Shown here piece by piece: positions 8,997-19,216 of a stretch of DNA of 64,000 nt. Origin of the DNA: an uncultured Bacilli bacterium. GTDB lineage: Bacteria > Bacillota_I > Bacilli_A > RF39 > UBA660. How positions within the stretch are numbered: position 1 is the first letter of the stretch; every line of letters begins with the position of its first letter. The notes below the pieces were generated by a model. That model was given only the letters and a program-made list of their open reading frames with translations, made no database searches and was not told the DNA's origin. A program made the translations under genes and the position numbers. The stretch is from NCBI GenBank assembly GCA_949745755.1, contig CATJZL010000065.1:1185-65184 (forward strand), in the 5' to 3' direction.

Positions 8997-11900
8997 TTAT
9001 TGAATTTTTAAATTCAAAATAAGTTCCAATAAATCAATCAGGTAATAAAGAAAATGCTTTTCCAATTTTATTGTATCAAGAATAATAACTAAATTTTCTC
9101 CTCGCTTTTGAAACCGCAACATATTTGTAATTTTAAAGGACTCAGTAAATAATTCATCCACATTTATCTGACTAACAATATCTCTTAAAAATATAAGTTC
9201 GATAGAGTTTTTAGTTTGGCGAACCTTATTTAGATTAATTTTTTTAGCAAGATGTTCAAACCATTCTTCTAACATATAAATCTCCATATCCTCATCTACA
9301 AAACCAAATCGATCTTCTAATTCTTTTTTTACCTCATCAAACTTCATTTGACTATCAATTGTATTGATTTTTCTATGAATTTCTATTTTCAAATCTTCAG
9401 ATTCTACATAACTGTCTTTGATATGTGTACCTACATTTATCAAAGGATGACTTTCTTCCTCGAGCTCCTCCTCATTTATTCCCTTTCTTTTATTAACCTC
9501 TTGATTAAGCATACGAAGATAAAGATCAATTCCGACACTATCTATAAAACCAGCTTGCTCACTTCCCAAAATATCACCAGCTCCTCTAATAGATAAATCA
9601 CGTGTTGCAATAGAAAATCCACTTCCAAGTTCAGTAAACTCTTTAATAACATCTAAACGCTTAACAGCATTCTCGGTTAAACTTTTAAAAGGTTGATACA
9701 TTAAATAAGCATAAGCAAAACGATCACTCCGACCTACCCGACCACGAATTTGATATAATTGACTAAGACCAAATCGATCAGCATCTAAAATTATAAGTGT
9801 GTTTACATTAGGTATATCAATACCTGTTTCAATAATAGTTGTACAAATAAGTACATCATATTGATGATCAATAAATTTTAACATCCGATTTTCAAGTTCC
9901 TCTTTACTCATACGACCATGTGCATAAATAATACGAGCATCAGGTACAAGTTTCTGAATAGAAAAAACCTTTTCTTCGATATGTTCTACTCGATTAAATA
10001 AAAGAAAAACTTGGCCTTCACGAGATAATTCTTTATAAATAGCATCTTTAATAATTTGATCCTGTTCACTAAGAACATAAGTTTGTACAGGATATCGATT
10101 AACTGGTGGTGTTTCAATCAAAGAAAGACTACGAATTCCAGCCATAGACATTTGAAGTGTTCTAGGAATAGGTGTCGCGGAAAGTGTCAACACATCAACA
10201 TTTGTTTTATACTCTTTGATTTTTTCCTTATGTTTTACACCAAATCTCTGTTCCTCATCAATAATCAAAAGTCCTAAATCTTTAGGTTTAATTTGATCAT
10301 TTAAAAGTCGATGTGTCCCAATAACCATATCTATTGTACCATCAGCAAGACCTGCTAAAATAGTATGAGCCTCTTTAACTGTTGTAAACCGATTAAACAA
10401 TGCTATACGAACTGGGAAATCTCTAAAACGAACCAAAGCATTCTTATAATGTTGATTAGAAAGAATCGTTGTTGGACATAAAAGTAAAACTTGTTTAGAA
10501 TCCAAGATAGCCTTAAAAGCCGCTACAAAAGCCACCTCTGTCTTACCAAAACCAACATCACCACATAATAATCGATCCATTGGACGAGTAGACTCCATAT
10601 CTTCTTTAATCTGCATAATAGCACGAGTTTGATCAGCTGTAAGAGTATAAGGAAAATTTTCTTCAAATTGCTTTTGTAAATCATTATCCTTAGAAAAAGC
10701 ATACCCCTTTCTACTTTCTCTCTCAGCATAAAGCCTAATAAGTTCATCAGCCATATCAGCCACTTTTTTACTAACCCGCAACTTAGTCTTTTGCCACTCA
10801 TTACCATTTAATCTATTAACCTTAGGAACTATACCTTCCTTACCAGAATATTTATATAAATAATCTATTTTTTCAACAGGTATATAAAGTTTATCCTCAC
10901 CCTGATAAATAACTTCTATATAATCCTTTAAAATATTCCCAATACTAAGTTTTTTAATACCTTTATATATACCAATACCATGAACATTATGAACAACATA
11001 ATCTCCAACCTCTAATTTATTAATATCTGTAATTTTACTAGAATATTTAAATTTAGTCTTATATTTTTTATTTTCTTCATGAGATAAAAATAATTCCTTA
11101 TTTGTAATAAAAACATAATTTCCATAAATAAATCCTTCATTTAAATCATGAACAATCAAATTAACAATAGAAGGATGAATATGTTCTGTATCTGTTTCTA
11201 TACACTTACTATTTATATTTTTCCTTACATTCTTTACTTGATAATCTTTTAGACAAAGAATAACCGTTTTTCCTTCTTTTAAACATTTAGAAATAAAACT
11301 ATTAATAAGATCAGTCTTTTCATTAAAAGAAGATAAACTCTGCACATTATAATCATATAAATCTCTATTACTATTCATATTATCTAAAGAGAAATAATGA
11401 ACAACTTCCCCCGTCTTTATATGAGATAAATCATGCATATATTTTCCTGTAAAAGTAATATCTGTATGACTTTGATATTCAAATATTTCCTCCAATATAG
11501 ATTGATAACTTACCTCTAACTGACTATAATCCTTATAAAAAACAATAGGATGAGAAAGATAATTAGAAATACTAGAAACTTCCCCATTTGTATAATTTGG
11601 TAAATATTTTTGCTTAAATCTTTCTTCTTCTAAACATTCTTCATCAATCAAAAACTCAGAATTAGGATAAATAGTAATAGAAGATATAGTAGATATAGAT
11701 TTTTGTGTCCCACCATCAAAATAACGAATAGACTCAACCTCATCACCAAAAAATTCAATACGGATAGGCCTATCTTGCCCAATAGGAAAGACATCAATTA
11801 CAAAACCTCTAAGTCCAACTTCTCCTGTATTTGTAACAAGAACTTCTTTCTTATAACCAGAAGCAATCAATTTAGAAAAGAAATCTTTTGGAGAAATCTC

Positions 11901-12296
11901 ATCTCCTACCTGAATAGAAACAACACTAGATAAATACTTTTCTTTAGAAGGCAAAAATCGTAAATATCCCATTAAGTTAGTAATAAGAATAGACTTTTTC
12001 GATGAAATACTAAGTGATTGCAAAACTTCCATACGACTGATAAGTAAATCTGGACTAATAGCCAAGGCTTCACTTGTCAAAAAATCATCCATTCCAAATA
12101 AATAGACATCTTCTGTAAAAGAATTCACATATGAATAAAGTTGATTCGCCTCATATAAGGAGGGAACAACCACCAATAAATTTTGATTTTTTTTCTTTAA
12201 AAGACTCGCTAAATAAAGTCCAAAAAAAGGAGAATTAAGTCCAGTTATATTACTTTTATATACATCTATAATATCTAAAATATTCACTAAAATCAC
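8997..12296 (-). CDS. mfd: Transcription-repair coupling factor.
   Basis: A 1099-aa ORF with a UvrB-homology N-terminus, an RNAP-interaction domain and superfamily-2 helicase motifs (GDVGFGKTEVA, DEEQRFG). Confidence 0.9.
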   Translation of the reverse strand: MILVNILDIIDVYKSNITGLNSPFFGLYLASLLKKKNQNLLVVVPSLYEANQLYSYVNSFTEDVYLFGMDDFLTSEALAISPDLLISRMEVLQSLSISSKKSILITNLMGYLRFLPSKEKYLSSVVSIQVGDEISPKDFFSKLIASGYKKEVLVTNTGEVGLRGFVIDVFPIGQDRPIRIEFFGDEVESIRYFDGGTQKSISTISSITIYPNSEFLIDEECLEEERFKQKYLPNYTNGEVSSISNYLSHPIVFYKDYSQLEVSYQSILEEIFEYQSHTDITFTGKYMHDLSHIKTGEVVHYFSLDNMNSNRDLYDYNVQSLSSFNEKTDLINSFISKCLKEGKTVILCLKDYQVKNVRKNINSKCIETDTEHIHPSIVNLIVHDLNEGFIYGNYVFITNKELFLSHEENKKYKTKFKYSSKITDINKLEVGDYVVHNVHGIGIYKGIKKLSIGNILKDYIEVIYQGEDKLYIPVEKIDYLYKYSGKEGIVPKVNRLNGNEWQKTKLRVSKKVADMADELIRLYAERESRKGYAFSKDNDLQKQFEENFPYTLTADQTRAIMQIKEDMESTRPMDRLLCGDVGFGKTEVAFVAAFKAILDSKQVLLLCPTTILSNQHYKNALVRFRDFPVRIALFNRFTTVKEAHTILAGLADGTIDMVIGTHRLLNDQIKPKDLGLLIIDEEQRFGVKHKEKIKEYKTNVDVLTLSATPIPRTLQMSMAGIRSLSLIETPPVNRYPVQTYVLSEQDQIIKDAIYKELSREGQVFLLFNRVEHIEEKVFSIQKLVPDARIIYAHGRMSKEELENRMLKFIDHQYDVLICTTIIETGIDIPNVNTLIILDADRFGLSQLYQIRGRVGRSDRFAYAYLMYQPFKSLTENAVKRLDVIKEFTELGSGFSIATRDLSIRGAGDILGSEQAGFIDSVGIDLYLRMLNQEVNKRKGINEEELEEESHPLINVGTHIKDSYVESEDLKIEIHRKINTIDSQMKFDEVKKELEDRFGFVDEDMEIYMLEEWFEHLAKKINLNKVRQTKNSIELIFLRDIVSQINVDELFTESFKITNMLRFQKRGENLVIILDTIKLEKHFLYYLIDLLELILNLKIQ

Positions 12297-12859
12297 CTAT
12301 TCTTTTTATTATATTTGCTAACTAAAACAGAAAAATCCTCATAAAAATATTCATCAAGTATTTTTGAAATAGTAATAGAAAGTTCATCATAAGTAGAAAT
12401 CTCTTCCTTACTAAATTTAGATAAGACAAAATCTTTCATATGAATATTTCTATCATTACAAATACCAATTTTTATTCGCTTATAAAGATTAGTTCCTATA
12501 TGAGTTTCTATATTTTTAAGTCCATTATGTCCTCCACTACTACCCTTAGACTTAATCTTAAAATTACCAATACAAATATCCAAATCATCACTAATAACCA
12601 AAAGATCATCCACACTAATTTTAAAGAAATCCATATATTTGCGAACAACCTCTCCAGATAAATTCATATAGCTTTGTGGTTTCAAAAAAATAACTTTCTC
12701 TTGATTAATAACTATATCCTGATATAAACCATTAAACTTACATTTATAATCATATAAATTTTTACCTTCTAAATATTTATCAACCATAAAAAAGCCAATA
12801 TTATGACGTGTATTTTCATATTCACATCCTGGATTTCCAAGCCCTACAACTAACTTCAT
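12293..12859 (-). CDS. pth: Peptidyl-tRNA hydrolase.
   Basis: A 188-aa ORF starting MKLVVGLGNPG..YENTRHNIGF. It overlaps the mfd start by 4 nt. Confidence 0.9.
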   Translation of the reverse strand: MKLVVGLGNPGCEYENTRHNIGFFMVDKYLEGKNLYDYKCKFNGLYQDIVINQEKVIFLKPQSYMNLSGEVVRKYMDFFKISVDDLLVISDDLDICIGNFKIKSKGSSGGHNGLKNIETHIGTNLYKRIKIGICNDRNIHMKDFVLSKFSKEEISTYDELSITISKILDEYFYEDFSVLVSKYNKKNR

Positions 12860-12876
12860 AAATATTTCTCCATTCT

Positions 12877-13716
12877 CTACTTTTCTTTTTCCTCTAAATA
12901 TTCTTTATAAATAATAGATTTTGCTACTCCACGCTCTTTTGCAACCCTCTTTATAGCTTGCATCTCATCCATACCATCAGAAAGATAAAGTTTAATATGC
13001 GAAAGAATGGATAAATCATAATAAGATTCCTTTTCACACCCTGACACAACAAGAACATATTCTCCTTTAATAACTTTCATCTCTTTTAAACAACTAGAAA
13101 TAGGTCCACGAACAATTTCCTCATGAACTTTTGAAATCTCTCGACTAATAGAAACATAACGATCACCAAATACCTCCAACATATTAGATAAAGTTTTAAT
13201 AATACGATGAGGTGCTTCATAAAAAATAAGTGTATAAGGAAATTTTTTTAAACTTTCAAGCTCATTTTTCTGTTTACTACTTTTTATATTTAAAAAACCA
13301 TAATACAAAAAGTGATTTGCATTAATACCAGAGGATATAAGTGCAGGAACAAAAGCTGTAGCACCTGGAAGTCCTACTACATTATAACCATTTTGTATAA
13401 TATATTTACAAAGAAGATAACCAGGATCACTAATAATAGGACTACCTTGATCTGTAATAAGCGCAATATTTTTATCATTATTAAGTTCATTTAAAACAAA
13501 ATCCTTGATTTTATCTTCATTAAATTCATGACAACTAACCAATCTTTTAGAGATATTATAATGCCTTAATAATGGATAGGAAACCCGAGTATCTTCACAT
13601 AAAATAAAATCAACAAAAGATAAAATTGAAAGAGCACGTTCTGTTATGTCTTGCAAGTTTCCAATTGGAGTAGGAACCAAATATAAAGTAGCACGATTAT
13701 CATAACTTTTTTGCAT
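12877..13716 (-). CDS. rsmI: 16S rRNA (cytidine1402-2'-O)-methyltransferase RsmI, of the tetrapyrrole-methylase fold.
   Basis: A 279-aa ORF with LYLVPTPIGNLQDIT and CEDTR motifs. Its position matches B. subtilis yabC. Confidence 0.8.
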   Translation of the reverse strand: MQKSYDNRATLYLVPTPIGNLQDITERALSILSFVDFILCEDTRVSYPLLRHYNISKRLVSCHEFNEDKIKDFVLNELNNDKNIALITDQGSPIISDPGYLLCKYIIQNGYNVVGLPGATAFVPALISSGINANHFLYYGFLNIKSSKQKNELESLKKFPYTLIFYEAPHRIIKTLSNMLEVFGDRYVSISREISKVHEEIVRGPISSCLKEMKVIKGEYVLVVSGCEKESYYDLSILSHIKLYLSDGMDEMQAIKRVAKERGVAKSIIYKEYLEEKEK

Positions 13717-14447
13717 TACATAACCTCCTCTAAAAGCATTCTATATTCTTCTGTTTCTTGTCGATTTTCATCATACATAACAAAAGGTTTATCTATAATA
13801 AGTCCACTCCTACCACACTTTATACCCTCAATATAAAATAAACTTGGTGAAGTCGTAATATGATCATAAACAAACCGAATATACTTAGGCTCTATTTTAT
13901 ACTTTCGTAGCAATTCCAGTACTTCCATAAATCTAGAAACACGTTGAACCAGGGCAAAAACACCACCTTCTTTTAATAATTGAAAGGCGATTTTAATCAC
14001 TTCCTCTAAAGTAATAAAAACCTCATGTCTAGCAATAGCTTTATGAATATCCATATTTTTAGTAGATTTCTCTTCATTTTTAAAATAAGGAGGATTAGAA
14101 AGTATCAAATCATATGTATTATATCTTTTTTCAATCAAAAAATCTTTCATATCCATATTATACAAAGTAATAAATTTTTCTTTACAATTATAAATAACAC
14201 TTCTTAAAGCCATATCCACTAAATCTTTTTGAATTTCAACTCCATCAATATGACTTTTAGTTCTAAGAGATAAAATAAGGGATACTATCCCATTTCCACA
14301 TCCTAGATCAAGAATTTTCTTAGTTCTACATCGAACATTTACAAAATTAGCAAGAACTATACTATCAATAGAAAAACAAAAATAATCATAATTTTGATAA
14401 ATTTTTAAATCATACCCTAATACGTCATTCAACATTTCCATAATCAA
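13716..14447 (-). CDS. Class I SAM-dependent methyltransferase, tRNA(m6A37) TrmN6/YabB-like.
   Basis: A 243-aa ORF with a DLGCGNGIVSLIL SAM motif and a NPPY motif (LSNPPYFK) typical of N6-adenine and N-methyltransferases. Its position matches B. subtilis yabB. Confidence 0.55.
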   Translation of the reverse strand: MIMEMLNDVLGYDLKIYQNYDYFCFSIDSIVLANFVNVRCRTKKILDLGCGNGIVSLILSLRTKSHIDGVEIQKDLVDMALRSVIYNCKEKFITLYNMDMKDFLIEKRYNTYDLILSNPPYFKNEEKSTKNMDIHKAIARHEVFITLEEVIKIAFQLLKEGGVFALVQRVSRFMEVLELLRKYKIEPKYIRFVYDHITTSPSLFYIEGIKCGRSGLIIDKPFVMYDENRQETEEYRMLLEEVM

Positions 14448-15205
14448 TCTCTATAAGTAACACAAATCACGCTTTTATCAGGCAATTCTACATCAAGAGT
14501 CCCTTTAAAAATATCAACATGAATTACTTTTCCCTTTCCTTTTTCTGTATCATAATCACTATACAACTTAGGTGCACCTCTTTTTAATTGAATATATTGC
14601 TCATCTTCATACTTCAAACAACAAAGTAACCGTCCACAAAGACCATTAATTTTTGATGGATTAAGTGCTAAAAATTGATTTTTAGCCATATTAATTGAGA
14701 CACTATTAAAATCTGTCAAAAAAGAATTACAACATAAAAATAATCCGCACGGTCCTATCCCACCAATTCTCTTTGCTTTATCTCGAATACCAATTTGCCT
14801 AAGTTCTATTCTAGTTTTATACTTCTCTGCTAATTTTTTAACAAGTTGTCTAAAATCTATTCTTGCTTCAGCAACAAAAAGAAAAAACAATTGTTTTTTA
14901 TCAAAGGTATAGTAACAATCAACGATATTCATATCTAAATTCAACCTTTTTACTATTTTTTTTGCCTCATCTACAGCAAGAAGTGCATCTTTTCTATTAT
15001 TCTCGATAACTTTCAAATCATTACTATTAGCTTTTCGAACAACAGAAGCTTCAGAAAAAATAGAACTTTCTTCTATAACTTGTCCACTAAATAATACCTT
15101 ATTATCAAGAATAATAACAGTATCACCCTTAACTAATTTTAGATTTTTATAATCAACCACAACCTCTTCAAAACTGCCATCTAATAATACCTTAACTGAA
15201 CTCAC
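14444..15205 (-). CDS. ricT: PSP1-domain protein RicT/YaaT-like (stage 0 sporulation and RNase Y regulatory complex).
   Basis: A 253-aa ORF. The N-terminus VKVLLDGSFEEVVVDYKNLKLVKGDTVII and a Cys-rich C-terminus (CGLFLCC, CGRLLCC) are typical of the PSP1 C-terminal domain. It sits immediately after holB, as in B. subtilis. Confidence 0.55.
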   Translation of the reverse strand: MSSVKVLLDGSFEEVVVDYKNLKLVKGDTVIILDNKVLFSGQVIEESSIFSEASVVRKANSNDLKVIENNRKDALLAVDEAKKIVKRLNLDMNIVDCYYTFDKKQLFFLFVAEARIDFRQLVKKLAEKYKTRIELRQIGIRDKAKRIGGIGPCGLFLCCNSFLTDFNSVSINMAKNQFLALNPSKINGLCGRLLCCLKYEDEQYIQLKRGAPKLYSDYDTEKGKGKVIHVDIFKGTLDVELPDKSVICVTYRD

Positions 15206-16038
15206 GAAATCACCTCCGATATATCAAGAAGAAAATTATCTAACATTATTTTATAATTAACATTAAATTCCATTCTCTGCAAATATTCTTCCAAAATAAA
15301 TATAAATTTATAAATTTTATGATTACCAATAGAAAAAAGAGAAGAAATATTATAAGAATCAACTTTAATAAAGTTACCCTGAACACAAGAAAAAAGAAAT
15401 TTTTCCATCATATTAAAATAAGAACGAGCAACAAAACGATCAGGTAAAATAGATAATATTTCATCATAAGCTAAAAAGCCATTATTTTTAACAAATAAGG
15501 TCTCTATTAATTTATAACAATTCTCATCAAAAGAAGAAATAGCATCACTCTCAAGAGAAATTATCTGACATCTAGATAAAATAGTATCCAAAACATGATA
15601 CCTATTTTTAGTAACCAATATAGCTATTATATTAGAGGAAGGTTCTTCTAAAAACTTAAGCATAGTATTACCAGAAGAAGTGTTCAACTTACTTGCATCT
15701 TTTATAACATAAATTTGTCTGCCTCCATAAACAGAACGACTTATAAAAGCATCCTTCACATCTAACAACTGTTCTTTTTTTATATAAGCAGAAGAAGTAT
15801 CTATAATTTTCAAATCTGCATAGTTTTGACTATCAATAAGTGAACAGACATTACATTTTGTACAAGCGTGCTTATAATTATTTGTAGGACATAACAATTT
15901 TTTAATAAGTATAAACAAAAAAGAATCAACATCTAAAAGATCATTAGTTTCTATGAGATATGCATGTGATAATTTATCATCTTTAATTGCTTTATCAATC
16001 AAAGTAAAAAAATCTTCTTGCAATGTCATCACATCCAT
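15202..16038 (-). CDS. holB: DNA polymerase III delta-prime subunit.
   Basis: A 278-aa AAA+-like ORF with an LSHAYLIE N-terminal motif and SRCQ (sensor 2). Synteny with recR and dnaX. Confidence 0.7.
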   Translation of the reverse strand: MDVMTLQEDFFTLIDKAIKDDKLSHAYLIETNDLLDVDSFLFILIKKLLCPTNNYKHACTKCNVCSLIDSQNYADLKIIDTSSAYIKKEQLLDVKDAFISRSVYGGRQIYVIKDASKLNTSSGNTMLKFLEEPSSNIIAILVTKNRYHVLDTILSRCQIISLESDAISSFDENCYKLIETLFVKNNGFLAYDEILSILPDRFVARSYFNMMEKFLFSCVQGNFIKVDSYNISSLFSIGNHKIYKFIFILEEYLQRMEFNVNYKIMLDNFLLDISEVIS

Positions 16039-16054
16039 AAAAACATCTCCTATA

Positions 16055-16240
16055 CTACAAAACCGTAATTTTAAATAAAATTAAAGCAAACATTCCAGGT
16101 GCACCTAATAAAGTTATAAGAAAAATAGTAACAATATTAATAGGTATAACTAAATTAAAATTGCTAGCAATAATATTATAACCATATAAAAGAAAAGCAC
16201 TAAATATTATTTTTTTTAAATATGTAAGAATTTTATCCAA
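16055..16240 (-). CDS. bofA: BofA-like small membrane protein (sigma-K processing inhibitor family).
   Basis: A 61-aa ORF with two TM segments. VIPINIVTIFLITLLGAPGMFALILFK parallels the B. subtilis BofA C-terminal region. Its position next to recR matches the B. subtilis recR-yaaL-bofA arrangement. Confidence 0.5.
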   Translation of the reverse strand: MDKILTYLKKIIFSAFLLYGYNIIASNFNLVIPINIVTIFLITLLGAPGMFALILFKITVL

Positions 16241-16278
16241 TCATATCACCTAACAAATAATATGAAGAAAAAAGAAAA

Positions 16279-16875
16279 TTATTCTATTTCCTTTCGATCA
16301 AATAAAGCTCGTTCTAAAGTCAATGAATCAATATACTCAATATCAACACCCATAGGAATACCACTAGCAAGTTTAGTGATCTTTATAGACATATCTCCAA
16401 TGATTTTTTTTATATACAAAGAAGTAGTTTCCCCTTCTATAGTAGGCTTAAAAGCAAAAACAATTTCATCAAAATTTTGAGATTTAATTCTCTCTATTAA
16501 CTTTGGTAAACCTATATCTTCAGGATTCACACCCTCTATAGGAGAAATAAGTCCTTCCAACACATGATACCTTCCCTTAAATACATTCATACCTTCAAAA
16601 GTAAAAATAGTCTTTGCATCATCTACTACACACAAAATATTTTTACTTCTACTCTCATCATTACAAATATCACAAATATCGTTTTCTGTAAAACCATTAC
16701 AATTAGAACACTTATGAATCTTTGTATGTACATCAAGTAAACTATCACTAAAAAGAGAAACTTGTTCTTCCTCAAAATCAAGAACAGAAAAGGCAAGTCT
16801 TTCAGCAGTCTTTTGTCCTATACCTGGCAAATATTTAAAAGATTCAATTAAATTTTTTATACTCTCAGGATACAT
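16279..16875 (-). CDS. recR: Recombination protein RecR.
   Basis: A 198-aa ORF with an HhH motif (YLPGIGQKTAERLAF), a C4 zinc finger (CSNCNGFTENDICDIC) and a Toprim domain. Confidence 0.9.
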   Translation of the reverse strand: MYPESIKNLIESFKYLPGIGQKTAERLAFSVLDFEEEQVSLFSDSLLDVHTKIHKCSNCNGFTENDICDICNDESRSKNILCVVDDAKTIFTFEGMNVFKGRYHVLEGLISPIEGVNPEDIGLPKLIERIKSQNFDEIVFAFKPTIEGETTSLYIKKIIGDMSIKITKLASGIPMGVDIEYIDSLTLERALFDRKEIE

Positions 16876-16880
16876 AAAAA

Positions 16881-17174
16881 CTAAAACAATCCAGGAATAC
16901 TACCAAACTTTCCCATCTTTTTTTCCATAACATCATCAACTTTTTTTATTGCCTGATTTAAAGCAACTACAATCATATCTTGTAACATATCCATATCATC
17001 TTTATCAACATGATCTGTATCAATCTTAACTTCTAATACTTCTTTCTTCCCATTGATTTTAACAGAAACAAAGTTACTTTCACCAGTAAATTCTTTCTTC
17101 TCTACTTCATCCCTTATTTTTATCATATCTTTTTGCATAGCTTGAGCTTGTTTCATTATGGCCTGCATATTCAT
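16881..17174 (-). CDS. ybaB: Nucleoid-associated protein YbaB/EbfC.
   Basis: A 97-aa ORF starting MNMQAIMKQAQAMQKDM. Conserved position between dnaX and recR. Confidence 0.85.
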   Translation of the reverse strand: MNMQAIMKQAQAMQKDMIKIRDEVEKKEFTGESNFVSVKINGKKEVLEVKIDTDHVDKDDMDMLQDMIVVALNQAIKKVDDVMEKKMGKFGSIPGLF

Positions 17175-17253
17175 ATTATCATCCTCCTTAAAAAATACAA
17201 TTATATTTTACCAAATTATAAATACAAAGTCTATTAATATTAAAAATAAAAAA

Positions 17254-19041
17254 TTAACCAATTTCTACAATATCACCAAACATCTCACTAATACTATCAC
17301 AAGTAGAATTACTAGTACTAGAAGTACCCTCATCACATTTATTAAATACAAGTGGAGGCTCCTCTATATATTTGTATACGATATTAAGCTTTTTATTATT
17401 AACAAAATTCTTAGCCTGTTCATTCCAAAAAGAATCAGAAATAATAACTAACTTTTTATCTATATCTAACAATTTCTTTAATATATTTTCCATTTGCTCT
17501 AAATTTTCTAAGGTCGACTCACATACAGAATCATACTCATAACTAATAACAATATACTCATCACTGCTAAGTCTCAAAGTTCCCTCTAATAAAGAACAAA
17601 TCAAATACCCGTATTCTTGATTAAAAACATAGTCATTCAGCTGAATAAATTTTTGCTGCATATCTTTTAAAATTTCCTTAGTAGCATAAACAAATGCATT
17701 ATTCACTCTGATTTCCATAATTTCCTTTAAATTTGAATTAAGAATAGAACACTTCCCATGAGCTTTAGATTCAAAAAAAGAATCAGAAGACTTACTCTCC
17801 TCTTTCTTATCTAAAGAAATAGAATTTTCCTTACTCTTCGATATTTCAGAATCAAGAACAACAGATTGTTTTTGAACTTTAGAATTTGCAAATTTTTTCT
17901 CCTTATTTTGCTCAGTTTCATGTGAAACTTCCTGGGAAATAATTGGTTTTATAGAATGATCTTCTTCAATTATTTCCCGGGAAATAATTGAAACATTTTT
18001 ATTTCCCAAAACAGTAGTAGACATAAAATTTAAAATCATAATTTCAATAAATATTTTAGGATTAGAACTCTTCTTAATATCAAACATTTTATCATTTATT
18101 AAATTAGCAAGAAGTTGATAATTATATCTATCTATTTCTAAAGAATCATGAATATAAGCTTCTACCAATACATCTCTCAAATAATCCAAATACTGAATAA
18201 TAATTTGAATCAAATTTTTACCAATAGAATTCCATTGATCAATTAAATCAATAACTTTCTTAAAATCACCCTCAAATATACAAGTTGATAGCTCCTCTAA
18301 AGAATTTTTTGTCACCAAACCATTTAACTTCAAAAAATCATCTAAACTAATTTTTCCATCTCCATAAACGATCAACTTATCAAGCATACCTAAAGCATCT
18401 CTCATTCCTCCATCAACAACAATGGAAATCTGCTTTAAAACATCATACTCCATTTCCACATTTTCCTTACTACACACCATAGATAAATTATCAATAATAT
18501 TTTGTTCAGTCATCCTGGAAAAGTTGAAAACCTGACATCTAGAAATAACAGTTTCAGGAACCTTTTGTACATCCGTAGTAGCAAGTATAAAAATAATATG
18601 TTCAGGAGGTTCTTCTAAAGTCTTTAAAAGAGCATTAAAAGCTGAAATTGTTAACATATGTACCTCATCAATAATATAAATTTTATATTTCAATTGATTA
18701 GGAACTAAAAGAACTTTATCTCTTAAATTACGAATTTCATCTACACCATTATTAGATGCAGCATCAATTTCAATAATATCCAAACACTCTCTATCAGCGG
18801 AAATTTTGCAACTATTGCAATCACAACATATATCACCATCAATAGCATTTTCACAAGTAACAGCCCTAGCAAACAACTTAGCAGTAGATGTTTTTCCAGT
18901 TCCACGTGGTCCCACAAATAAATAAGCATGCGATATTTTATTATTTTTTATAGAATTTTTCAGAGTTCTAATAATAACATCTTGTCCCACAATTTCACTA
19001 AATTTAGCAGGTCTATATTTTCTATATAGTGTCTGATACAT
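17254..19041 (-). CDS. dnaX: DNA polymerase III tau/gamma subunit.
   Basis: A 595-aa ORF with a Walker A motif (GPRGTGKTS), a C4 zinc module and an AAA+ core, followed by a variable linker. The linker contains in-frame copies of a 22-bp palindrome (see findings). Confidence 0.9.
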   Translation of the reverse strand: MYQTLYRKYRPAKFSEIVGQDVIIRTLKNSIKNNKISHAYLFVGPRGTGKTSTAKLFARAVTCENAIDGDICCDCNSCKISADRECLDIIEIDAASNNGVDEIRNLRDKVLLVPNQLKYKIYIIDEVHMLTISAFNALLKTLEEPPEHIIFILATTDVQKVPETVISRCQVFNFSRMTEQNIIDNLSMVCSKENVEMEYDVLKQISIVVDGGMRDALGMLDKLIVYGDGKISLDDFLKLNGLVTKNSLEELSTCIFEGDFKKVIDLIDQWNSIGKNLIQIIIQYLDYLRDVLVEAYIHDSLEIDRYNYQLLANLINDKMFDIKKSSNPKIFIEIMILNFMSTTVLGNKNVSIISREIIEEDHSIKPIISQEVSHETEQNKEKKFANSKVQKQSVVLDSEISKSKENSISLDKKEESKSSDSFFESKAHGKCSILNSNLKEIMEIRVNNAFVYATKEILKDMQQKFIQLNDYVFNQEYGYLICSLLEGTLRLSSDEYIVISYEYDSVCESTLENLEQMENILKKLLDIDKKLVIISDSFWNEQAKNFVNNKKLNIVYKYIEEPPLVFNKCDEGTSSTSNSTCDSISEMFGDIVEIG

Positions 19042-19189
19042 AATAAATCACCAACCTAACTATGATTATATCAAAAAAAAAATAAACAATCATAGTTTTA
19101 TTAAAAAAATAAAATTAAAAATTAACAAAAGACAAAAATCATAATTCATCAAAATCAACCATTTTCTTAGTAACAAAATTTAATAAATA

Positions 19190-19216
19190 AAATAAAAAAG
19201 CTAGTCTCTCTTAGCT
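19190..19216 (-). terminator. Weak intrinsic terminator overlapping the tadA stop codon.
   Basis: The minus strand reads AGCUAAGAGAGACUAGCU (5-bp stem) followed by a U-tract. Confidence 0.3.

Noticed and set aside
9348-11933. Plus-strand ORFs of 73-82 aa inside mfd, and a 94-aa minus-strand ORF at 10523..10807.
   Set aside because: They overlap the well-supported mfd frame. They have no ribosome-binding sites and are low-complexity.
16262-16480. A 72-aa plus-strand ORF overlapping recR.
   Set aside because: It is antisense to the recR zinc-finger region and has no ribosome-binding site.
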